Below are positions 1 through 7,347 of a stretch of 44,169 nt of DNA, piece by piece. The position numbers and the translations under genes are program-made. The notes below the pieces were generated by a model. It ran no database searches. It saw nothing but the letters and a program-made list of their open reading frames with translations, and was not told the origin of the DNA. How positions within the stretch are numbered: position 1 is the first letter of the stretch; every line of letters begins with the position of its first letter. The stretch comes from an uncultured Deinococcales bacterium (GTDB lineage Bacteria > Deinococcota > Deinococci > Deinococcales > JAAFIG01), in NCBI GenBank assembly GCA_964247135.1, contig CAXTTL010000009.1, forward strand, positions 2,162-46,330. The letters are read 5' to 3'.

Positions 1-195
1 TAGGGCGCGTTCGATTCGGACTCCCTCGAGCAGTTCGATGTCTGGTTCATCGGCTCGGGTGTGCGCTCGAATGCCTTTCGCGGTTTGGGCGTTGTCCGTC
101 CAGATTTGTTCGAGGTGAATTAAGGCACACTGGCGCGGGCAATACGCGTAGTGCTGCAAAGCGGATAAGGCGATAGACTCGAGTTCGGATTTCAT
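1..195 (-). CDS. cas4: CRISPR-associated exonuclease Cas4, N-terminal 65 codons (truncated by window edge)
   Basis: Not in the ORF track. Hand translation from ATG at 195: MKSELESIALSALQHYAYCPRQCALIHLEQIWTDNAQTAKGIRAHTRADEP..., the Cas4 N-terminal 'SALQHYxYCPRQ' Fe-S motif. TAATG overlap with the cas7 stop. Confidence 0.93.
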   Translation of the reverse strand, partial: MKSELESIALSALQHYAYCPRQCALIHLEQIWTDNAQTAKGIRAHTRADEPDIELLEGVRIERAL

Positions 196-1346
196 TACAC
201 GAGCCGCGTAAGTGTTACGCCCTTGAATCCTTGCGTTTCGAGAGAGATTTCTTTTCCTACACCAACTTCAGGGAGTTTGATAGTATTTTTGTATTCATCA
301 AAGTTGCGTGGTGAACCGCCAACTTTTTGAATCTGAATCAAGTCAAAAAGCTTGTGAGCGGCTGCATTTCCAAGCTTGCTTTCGTGGCTAAACACGTAAA
401 GCCCTCGGCATTCCATTTGCCCTCTCGAGGCACTACGATCCAATCCCCACATCATCTCAAGTGCCTGCCAGAACAACTCGAGGTCTTTTGGGGTGACGGC
501 ATGATCCATACCAAGGTTTGCTAAATGCGGTGAGTAGAAGCCATGTCCAACATACAAACCGTAATGGATAAGAGCTTTACGCCCGATCTCAGTTTCTTTA
601 CGTTTTGCATCCTCCGATTTTGTAATTGCAACGCGAGTGATGGTTACATCTCGAGTAAGAACAGGGTCGATACTGCGGGAAAAGGTAAGTTGCATTGGTC
701 CACGTACCTGACCAGCATTCAATCCTGTAGACATGACTGCACCGAACATTCGTACATCATAAAAATTTTCGCACATCCAACGTCGCGCTTTGTCTTCATT
801 GGCACGACTTTTTTCTGGTTTTCCTGCTTCTTTGGCAATGTCGTTAATGAACTTTTTTACTGATTTATCCAAATCGTCTATCTCGTCAAGCGCCGTTTTC
901 AATTCATCACTTGAAAGTTCGCCTGTGTACACGAGTAAAGCGGATTCAGCCTCGTCGTCACTGTCTTCAAAGCTGAAGCCTTCGGGTAAGCTAGAGGCAA
1001 CTTCCCGAAGTTTTAGTAAGAGTTCCTTGGCTACTTCTTTCGTAACTGTTTTGCCTGTCGGGATACCTTGCTCAACGTAAGATCGTTTGATTTGTTCGTT
1101 CAATATCCCCCGATGTTCGATAAAAATTTTGTACTTGGCTTGCATGGTTTCGTCCATTTCCTGTGCCGCCAATGCCACAAAGTTCCGAATCTTGCGTTTG
1201 AGTGCGACATCCGTCACCAATCCTTGCAAGGTTTCTGGGTCTGTGCGCGGCATGTTGCCACCATCTGGGTCGCCATTTGGGTTGCCATCCGTCACATCAA
1301 AAATCAATACGAAGTCATGGCGTTTGCTGGGGTCAGTGTAAATCAT
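195..1346 (-). CDS. cas7: Type I-C Cas7/Csd2 backbone subunit with a long acidic insertion
   Basis: Motifs GNPNGDPD..NMPRTD, LVTDVALKRKIRN, FYDVRMFGAV, GQVRGPMQ, DRSASRG, HESKLGNA; position after cas8c. Confidence 0.96.
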   Translation of the reverse strand: MIYTDPSKRHDFVLIFDVTDGNPNGDPDGGNMPRTDPETLQGLVTDVALKRKIRNFVALAAQEMDETMQAKYKIFIEHRGILNEQIKRSYVEQGIPTGKTVTKEVAKELLLKLREVASSLPEGFSFEDSDDEAESALLVYTGELSSDELKTALDEIDDLDKSVKKFINDIAKEAGKPEKSRANEDKARRWMCENFYDVRMFGAVMSTGLNAGQVRGPMQLTFSRSIDPVLTRDVTITRVAITKSEDAKRKETEIGRKALIHYGLYVGHGFYSPHLANLGMDHAVTPKDLELFWQALEMMWGLDRSASRGQMECRGLYVFSHESKLGNAAAHKLFDLIQIQKVGGSPRNFDEYKNTIKLPEVGVGKEISLETQGFKGVTLTRLV

Positions 1347-1804
1347 GGTTTAACTCCTGTCGGGATTTGAGAAGTCACAGTGCTCTGGTTGCGACGGGCA
1401 ATCATTTGTGCGCGGTTTTCAGCACGTCGGTGGTAGAACCCAAGTGCAAAAATGCCTTGCTGTACGATTGAAAGTGTTTTCGGAAAGCGTGGGGTATCGT
1501 CTGTATCTTGCTTGAATGGCTTCAGAATGGTTTCAAGTTCTTGTTCAAGTGCGTTCCAAGTTCCTTTTTTCTGATTGCGAAGTTTGCCCAGGTGCGCTCG
1601 AGCGCCCTTGAGAAGTGGTGCAAATGCAATAGCAGGAGTGCTTGATGCTGAGCCGTAGTACCTTTCTACGATTGAGGCATTGACTTTTCCCAGGGCAGCT
1701 CGCTGAATTGCTTCGAGTTCAGCAAGCAAACATCCGCATTGGTACGCGATTGCATCATCACGTTCAAGGTTAGGCGCGGGCGTGAGTTTCTCGAGATCGT
1801 CCAT
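1343..1804 (-). CDS. cas11: Cas11 small subunit, predicted internal in-frame translation product of cas8c (153 aa)
   Basis: In-frame ATG at 1804 (MDDLEKLTPAP...) preceded by GGGAGAATCAC (SD-like GGAG), immediately before the conserved C-terminal helical domain. Internal Cas11 translation is established for type I-C. Confidence 0.75.
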   Translation of the reverse strand: MDDLEKLTPAPNLERDDAIAYQCGCLLAELEAIQRAALGKVNASIVERYYGSASSTPAIAFAPLLKGARAHLGKLRNQKKGTWNALEQELETILKPFKQDTDDTPRFPKTLSIVQQGIFALGFYHRRAENRAQMIARRNQSTVTSQIPTGVKP

Positions 1805-3253
1805 GTGATTCTCCCATTCGGGTTGAGTAGAAAGCGCTAGTTTGATGAATGCGGCTTGTGCGTGTGTGACATGCTCACGCGCACCGTTTTGCATAACTGT
1901 ACCGACCGCGCAACGCCGCGCAACCTGAGCCAACCATTCGCTCGAGATCACACCACCTTGCAGCGCAATACCAACCAAATGACTGATGACTCGAGCAGGA
2001 ATTTCTTTACTTGCATCAAATTTACGAATCTTGTACGAACGTCGGTAAAGCGCTTCCGCAAGCCGATACATACCGAGTGGATCATCGGTCTGACCATATT
2101 CATCCACGATGTTTTGCGCTCTAAACCATCGCTCTAGGTTACGGGCTGCATCTGGAACGGTAGTTTCAAGCCAATTTCGCACAACTACTCGTGCGCCTGA
2201 TCCAGACAAAGCCAGTGCATAGAAAGCGTTTGGGCGTTGACCGTGCGCTTCTGCGCCAGTGAAAATACTGATAAGCATTTGTTTGACCTCAGCCGCTTTT
2301 GGCTGTTGGAGTGGCTTACGTGGGTTGAATATACTTTTTTCCCGTGTCCAAAAGACGTATACAACTGATCCAATATATAACCTAGAATCCTCGATTGAGA
2401 GCAATTGGTTAAGTGCTTTAGTAAACCGTTCAGCAGCATCACGTGATATTGGCGAGGTCAGTGAATTCTCAAGCGCATAAGAAGAAAAAGCACTCCCTTG
2501 AGCAGAAACAAAAGATTTTCGGGCTGGTTCACCTTTTGATTTTCTGGGTATACCATTGATTTTTCCTGGCAAGCGTTTTTCGACTAGACCTATATTGCCA
2601 GTAACCAAGCACATCATCGATGTCTCACTGTTTTCGACATTGCCCTGCGCCGAATTTGCGGTATATCCAGCCCAAAACAGTTGTGCAGGGACGGATTCGA
2701 TAGCTGGAATAGATTCCCCTACTCGAAATGTCACTGTGTCAGCCCCATCAAATGTCACAGGTAATTTTGATTGTAAAATTGCGGGATCGAGACTCAAAGA
2801 TTTCAGGAAATTGGCTATCAATTGAATTTCATTGTTACTCGTTGAGTCTGCATATTCCTCAGCAATCCAATTCGCACATTTCTCAGTTAATTGAATGAAT
2901 GCTTGATGTTGCAATTTGACTTGCTCAAGTGATCCATTTTTTTTGCGGGGTATTCCCAACGCATACTCGCCCGTATCAGCCAGTAATTTTGGACGGATCG
3001 ATCTTCCTGTCCGATCACGATACGGAACAACTAGTTGTATATCTTCGTCGATAGAAGTAAAGCTCTCGAGTTGAAGCGCAAAAGTTGAAGAATCCGCTAC
3101 AACCAACTGCATATCTTCATTGATAGGAGTAAAGTTTTCAAGTGTTCCGCTGATTGAGAGATTAACATACCAGCGAATTCTCGTTCCTGCATACATTTCA
3201 GGAGGCAGATTCATTTGTGTATCGGCGTATTCTTTTAGTTTTGCAAGAATCAC
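1343..3253 (-). CDS. cas8c: Type I-C large subunit Cas8c/Csd1
   Basis: MILxxLxEYA start, LLADTGEYALG, CLVTG, AFSSY, FYALALSGSGARVVVRxW; C-terminal AYxCGxLLAxLE..Q..A, ERYYGSASSTP, QQGIFALGFYH. GTG start overlaps the cas5 stop. Confidence 0.95.
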   Translation of the reverse strand: MILAKLKEYADTQMNLPPEMYAGTRIRWYVNLSISGTLENFTPINEDMQLVVADSSTFALQLESFTSIDEDIQLVVPYRDRTGRSIRPKLLADTGEYALGIPRKKNGSLEQVKLQHQAFIQLTEKCANWIAEEYADSTSNNEIQLIANFLKSLSLDPAILQSKLPVTFDGADTVTFRVGESIPAIESVPAQLFWAGYTANSAQGNVENSETSMMCLVTGNIGLVEKRLPGKINGIPRKSKGEPARKSFVSAQGSAFSSYALENSLTSPISRDAAERFTKALNQLLSIEDSRLYIGSVVYVFWTREKSIFNPRKPLQQPKAAEVKQMLISIFTGAEAHGQRPNAFYALALSGSGARVVVRNWLETTVPDAARNLERWFRAQNIVDEYGQTDDPLGMYRLAEALYRRSYKIRKFDASKEIPARVISHLVGIALQGGVISSEWLAQVARRCAVGTVMQNGAREHVTHAQAAFIKLALSTQPEWENHMDDLEKLTPAPNLERDDAIAYQCGCLLAELEAIQRAALGKVNASIVERYYGSASSTPAIAFAPLLKGARAHLGKLRNQKKGTWNALEQELETILKPFKQDTDDTPRFPKTLSIVQQGIFALGFYHRRAENRAQMIARRNQSTVTSQIPTGVKP

Positions 3254-3936
3254 GTAACACCTCCATACAAGTCTTGCGGAACGTATAAAACGCCATTCTC
3301 GAGTTTCGCTCGGAAGAATTTTGGTTTCGCTTGCCCCTCTACCACGCGTGAGCCGTTTTCATCCTTCAAAATGTAATTTAGTTTTCCGCTCTTAATAGGC
3401 ACAAATTCCAGATCAAAGAGCATCAGACCAAATTCATCGGTAATGGATTGCGCTTTTTCAGTTCCGTCTGGCTTCTCGAAATATCCTGTAAATTCTCGAG
3501 TCCCCAAATACGGTTGATGATGACATCGCCCTCTTTCTACACGACGGTTAAATTGAGCAATATATTTCATTGGATGTACACCAGATGCAATTGCATGAGG
3601 TCTTAGATCAAGTGTGGCTTTGATGATATACGCCACATCGCGCAAAGCAAGCGTGTGCCGTTGAGCGCGGTCTTCGTCTGCGTAGTAGTTGCGTTCGGAT
3701 CGTGTTTGAACTTTGTTGATTTCATTTCTCAAGATTGATGCACGACGAATCGGATTAAGGACGTGAATCTCGAGAACGCGCCATCGGAACTCAGGCTTCC
3801 AGAGTACCGCCTCAAGAATTCCTCGTGCTGCACTGGGTGTCATGATTTCGTAAGTAACTCGTTCCGTCCCAAACTCAGGTCGGGTGAAGCACGCAAAATC
3901 GCCTCGGACTTTGATTTCAAGCGGTGGACTGTTCAT
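3250..3936 (-). CDS. cas5: Type I-C Cas5 (Cas5c/Cas5d; crRNA-processing subunit)
   Basis: GDFACFTRPE..ERVTYEIMTPSAARGILEAVLWKP, RNE, RAQRHTLALRDVAYII, QPYLGTREF; SD AGGAGAG upstream. Confidence 0.96.
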   Translation of the reverse strand: MNSPPLEIKVRGDFACFTRPEFGTERVTYEIMTPSAARGILEAVLWKPEFRWRVLEIHVLNPIRRASILRNEINKVQTRSERNYYADEDRAQRHTLALRDVAYIIKATLDLRPHAIASGVHPMKYIAQFNRRVERGRCHHQPYLGTREFTGYFEKPDGTEKAQSITDEFGLMLFDLEFVPIKSGKLNYILKDENGSRVVEGQAKPKFFRAKLENGVLYVPQDLYGGVT

Positions 3937-3949
3937 AATGTTCTCTCCT

Positions 3950-6247
3950 TTAAAAACCAGCTAAATCCTCCGCAGACCATGCAGACAGTTCAATACCAGT
4001 GATGTCGTCATAACGGAAAATGGGCCATTCATAAATCTCTGGTGCAATCTCGGTTGTGATGCTTTGCCATTCTTTAAAGTCATCTTCGCGCAAGTTCACA
4101 AGGTACGGTTGTAAGTTGCGATGGTCGCTAAAATGCAATCCTCGAGCTTGTATTTTTTGAATCAATTTCTTAGCCTCCTCATCAAATGGAATCACGACAG
4201 GGGTGGTTTCATCCCGAATGAGTCGAGATTCTGATGCTACCTTGGGGAAATTCAGTTCCTCGCGTAAGCCTTGAACGCCGTACTTATCGGACGGAACGGC
4301 TTGATAAAGTCTGCCGTAATACGCATCAAAAATCGCTGGACTATTTAAATCAATGCCTTTTTCAAGTTGACATTTTGCTTCAGCCAACGCAATGGCATAT
4401 TCACCTTGCGGTGACCCTCCGCCCTCTGGAACAAAAATCACTACCCGCCCTGGTATGGGTTGCCCATTGCGCTCGAGTTTGCCGTTTCGGTTGCACCGAC
4501 CAGCCGCCTGTACCATGCGCTCAAGTGGTCCGAGAGCACGGTACACAGCAGGGAAATCCAAATCTACTCCTGCTTCAATCACTTGGGTGCTTATCAGACG
4601 GACGGGAAGATTATTCTCGAGGCGTTCTGTGATCTTCTCGAGAACCTGAGAACGATGCCGACCGCAAAGCAATGTAGATAAGTGAAACAACGAATCAAGT
4701 TCGTCACAGGCTTTAAGAAGTGGTTTGAGTTTTCCGAGCAATTTCAACGCATCTTTTCGGGTATTAAGAACTGCTAACACCTGGCGCTCTGGTTCGTCTG
4801 CAATGCGTTTCGCTAAATCTTTCCACGGTATCGGCTCGAGGTTTGACGAGTTATATTCAACTCTTTTGAGGCGACTAAAATGGTCACTTGCCATCTCTGG
4901 CGAAATGATGTCGCGGATTGTGCCAGGTTTAAAACCTGTGAAGTACCGATCTTGACGCTCGAGAGCCGGTTGTGTGGCTGTGCATAGCACTACACTTACG
5001 CCGTATCGATTGGTTAATTCTTGCAACACATCAGTGATTGGTGTCAGAAGACCAATGGGCAAGGCTTGTACTTCATCCAGCACGATTACGCTACGGGCAA
5101 TGTTATGAAGTTTGCGGCATTTCGATGGATAATTCCCGAACAAACTTTCAAAAAGCTGTACCGTGGTCGTAACAATCAATTGTGCATCCCAGTTTTGCGT
5201 GGCAAGCCTAGCCACAGCCTGGGCTTCGTCAATTACTTCAATCTCGGCTGATGTGAGCTTATCGCGTTCTGCTTTGGTTTCGCGTTTGATTGCACTGTGA
5301 TGCTCAAGAACTGCGTTCAACCCAAGGTTTCGGAACACTTTTCGGTATACTTTTGCGTTTTGGTCAATAATGCTCGTGTAGGGTACAGCAAAAATCACGC
5401 GCTCAAATTGATGAGTCTCTTGGTGCTGTAAAGCATGAGCAAGAGCAAATGCAAGTCCAGACAGGGTTTTCCCACCACCAGTCGGAACCGTTAATCGGAA
5501 CACACCAGGCTTGCATGTCGCAACATTCAAACACGCCTCGTAAACCTCTGCCCGAACTCGATTTACGTCTGTCTGGAGAACTGTACTTGCCGAAGATTTT
5601 TGAATCAAGACTTGCTGATGTCGTTTCAAACGCAGCATATATGATTCAAGAGGAATGCTTTTTCCACGCTTGGCAAAAGCCTCTGGATTGAAATGGTTTT
5701 CCGTATCGAGATAATCTGCATCTGTAAGGCTCGAGAATAAAAATCGCACAAACAATTCATACGCTTTTGGTTCTTCAGGTAAGTTTTGGTAAAGCAACTC
5801 AATATCTTCAGGAGGCTCGAGCGAGCCAAGTGCTATGCCAGCAATTGGCTCAGTTGTTTCCCAAGTCTGACGGTCTTTGGGATCATTAACTTTCCGGTAC
5901 AAATCACTCTGATTATGTAAACCCGCATGGTGTCCCGCAATAATTGGTGCAAGAAGACTTAACTTTTCCTCTGCATAAATTGCCCCGTGAATTGCATGGG
6001 GAACACTTTTTGTAGGTGCGGTTTGACCATTTTTATCTGCTTGAAAACATTGATCCAAATACTTTTGGAAATCTGGATTGAATTTACCGAAATCATGCCA
6101 TAAGCCTGCCACATGGGCAAGTTGACCACCATTAAATTTATCAGCACGTTCTCGAGCCATCTCAGCAACACACAATAAATGTTTCTTGAGATCGTGCCAT
6201 TCGTCCGTTCCTTTTCTTGGCGTGTGTGCCACAAACTCTGGTTTCAT
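3950..6247 (-). CDS. cas3: Cas3 HD nuclease-helicase
   Basis: HD domain (LWHDFGK, IAGHHAGL, LTDADYLDT) followed by SF2 helicase motifs VPTGGGKT, DEVQ, TAT, STQVIEAGVDLDF, QAAGRCNR. Confidence 0.97.
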   Translation of the reverse strand: MKPEFVAHTPRKGTDEWHDLKKHLLCVAEMARERADKFNGGQLAHVAGLWHDFGKFNPDFQKYLDQCFQADKNGQTAPTKSVPHAIHGAIYAEEKLSLLAPIIAGHHAGLHNQSDLYRKVNDPKDRQTWETTEPIAGIALGSLEPPEDIELLYQNLPEEPKAYELFVRFLFSSLTDADYLDTENHFNPEAFAKRGKSIPLESYMLRLKRHQQVLIQKSSASTVLQTDVNRVRAEVYEACLNVATCKPGVFRLTVPTGGGKTLSGLAFALAHALQHQETHQFERVIFAVPYTSIIDQNAKVYRKVFRNLGLNAVLEHHSAIKRETKAERDKLTSAEIEVIDEAQAVARLATQNWDAQLIVTTTVQLFESLFGNYPSKCRKLHNIARSVIVLDEVQALPIGLLTPITDVLQELTNRYGVSVVLCTATQPALERQDRYFTGFKPGTIRDIISPEMASDHFSRLKRVEYNSSNLEPIPWKDLAKRIADEPERQVLAVLNTRKDALKLLGKLKPLLKACDELDSLFHLSTLLCGRHRSQVLEKITERLENNLPVRLISTQVIEAGVDLDFPAVYRALGPLERMVQAAGRCNRNGKLERNGQPIPGRVVIFVPEGGGSPQGEYAIALAEAKCQLEKGIDLNSPAIFDAYYGRLYQAVPSDKYGVQGLREELNFPKVASESRLIRDETTPVVIPFDEEAKKLIQKIQARGLHFSDHRNLQPYLVNLREDDFKEWQSITTEIAPEIYEWPIFRYDDITGIELSAWSAEDLAGF

Positions 6248-7260
6248 TCGTATCTCCTCAAAAGTTCCCGTGCATCATTTAACCAGAGTTCACGCAGGTT
6301 TTGAGGCTTCAAAATTTCAACATTCGCGCCCCAACTTCTTGCCCAGACCAGCACCTCGAGCGGAATACCGTCATTGTTAACACCTGCTTGGATTTGTATG
6401 GTTCTCGAGCCGTCTGTGTGATGCTCGAGGGTTCGCATGTTTGGGTAGCCGCCCTCTTCGAGACGGTGAATCACCGATGCTGCGAACCGTAGTGTTACCG
6501 CAATACTTTTTCCGTCAGAATCGCCCATGATTCCCCAGGCGTTGGAGAGGTATTTGGCTGGGTCAAAATCGCTGGGGATTTCGTAGCTTGCGTCCAAGAG
6601 TTTGGCTTCGCGCATTCTGGAGAGTTTGAAGGTGCGTACCGCGTTTTGAAAACCGTGTTCAAAGCCAATCACGTAATGATCCAGGTTGGTACGAGAAATT
6701 TCGCAGCAGTAAATCGAGACAATGTTTTCGCGCCATGTGCCGCTGCCGCCTGGTTTGAGGTATTCAAATCTGATTTGGCGTCGTTGTACCCAGGCGTCGT
6801 TGATGTACTCGAGGGTGCGGGAGAGTTGAATTGGACGTTGGGTTTTGTGGTTTTTTTGGCTTTGCTCGAGGACGTGACGGATGTGATCTGGAAGCTTTCG
6901 TGTCAATTGTTCGACCATGCGGTGATAGATTTGGCTTTTGGTTGGTGCGTGATGGTCAAAAAGCCGTGCGATGGTGTGAACCGCCAGCACTTCTTGTTGA
7001 TTCAGTCCGTGTTTTTCGGGGATGTGGTACTTCGGGGTTTTGTCGTCACTTTTCACAATGCCGCGTTGCAGTTTTTCTTGGTTTAAGAATTGAAGGTCTC
7101 GGCGTAAGATTCGTTGCGCACTCTCGAGTTTGATGGTTTCTTGTTCGATTTCATCGGCGTAAAATTTTCGCGCCAGTTGATTCATTGTGCGTGGTTTGTC
7201 GCGTAGCAGTTGCTCGAGTGCGAACAACCGTTCGACTTTGTTCCATGAAAGATCAGACAT
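6244..7260 (-). CDS. HTH-WYL-WCX transcriptional regulator
   Basis: N-terminal wHTH (KVERLFAL..QRILRRDLQFL), WYL core (RRQIRFEY..HYVIG..VRTFKLSRM), FDPAKYLSNAWGI, C-terminal WARSWGANVEILKPQNLR. ATGA overlap with cas3. Confidence 0.93.
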   Translation of the reverse strand: MSDLSWNKVERLFALEQLLRDKPRTMNQLARKFYADEIEQETIKLESAQRILRRDLQFLNQEKLQRGIVKSDDKTPKYHIPEKHGLNQQEVLAVHTIARLFDHHAPTKSQIYHRMVEQLTRKLPDHIRHVLEQSQKNHKTQRPIQLSRTLEYINDAWVQRRQIRFEYLKPGGSGTWRENIVSIYCCEISRTNLDHYVIGFEHGFQNAVRTFKLSRMREAKLLDASYEIPSDFDPAKYLSNAWGIMGDSDGKSIAVTLRFAASVIHRLEEGGYPNMRTLEHHTDGSRTIQIQAGVNNDGIPLEVLVWARSWGANVEILKPQNLRELWLNDARELLRRYE

Positions 7261-7266
7261 GGACTC

Positions 7267-7298
7267 AGGTTACTCATTGGCTGTCGAGAGGTCGTCGA
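7267..7298 (-). promoter_or_regulatory. Putative leaderless promoter of the WYL-cas operon with two 11-bp-spaced direct repeats
   Basis: Minus strand: TCGACGA(7298-7292) CCTC TCGACAG(7287-7281) CCAATGAG TAACCT(7272-7267) GAGTCC ATG. TAnnnT lies 6 nt before the ATG; no SD and no good -35. Confidence 0.55.
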
Positions 7299-7347
7299 AA
7301 AAATTAAAACTTGAATTTAAGACGCAGGTTATTTGCGTGTATCATTG

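Noticed and set aside
195-6247. Absence of cas6 as an anomaly
   Set aside because: Normal for type I-C, where Cas5 processes crRNA.
7254-7263. 7-nt match (ATGTCTG) between the pseudo-spacer at 9201-9195 and the WYL start, preceded by TCC
   Set aside because: Too short, PAM is not TTC, and there is no match beyond position 7; compatible with chance.
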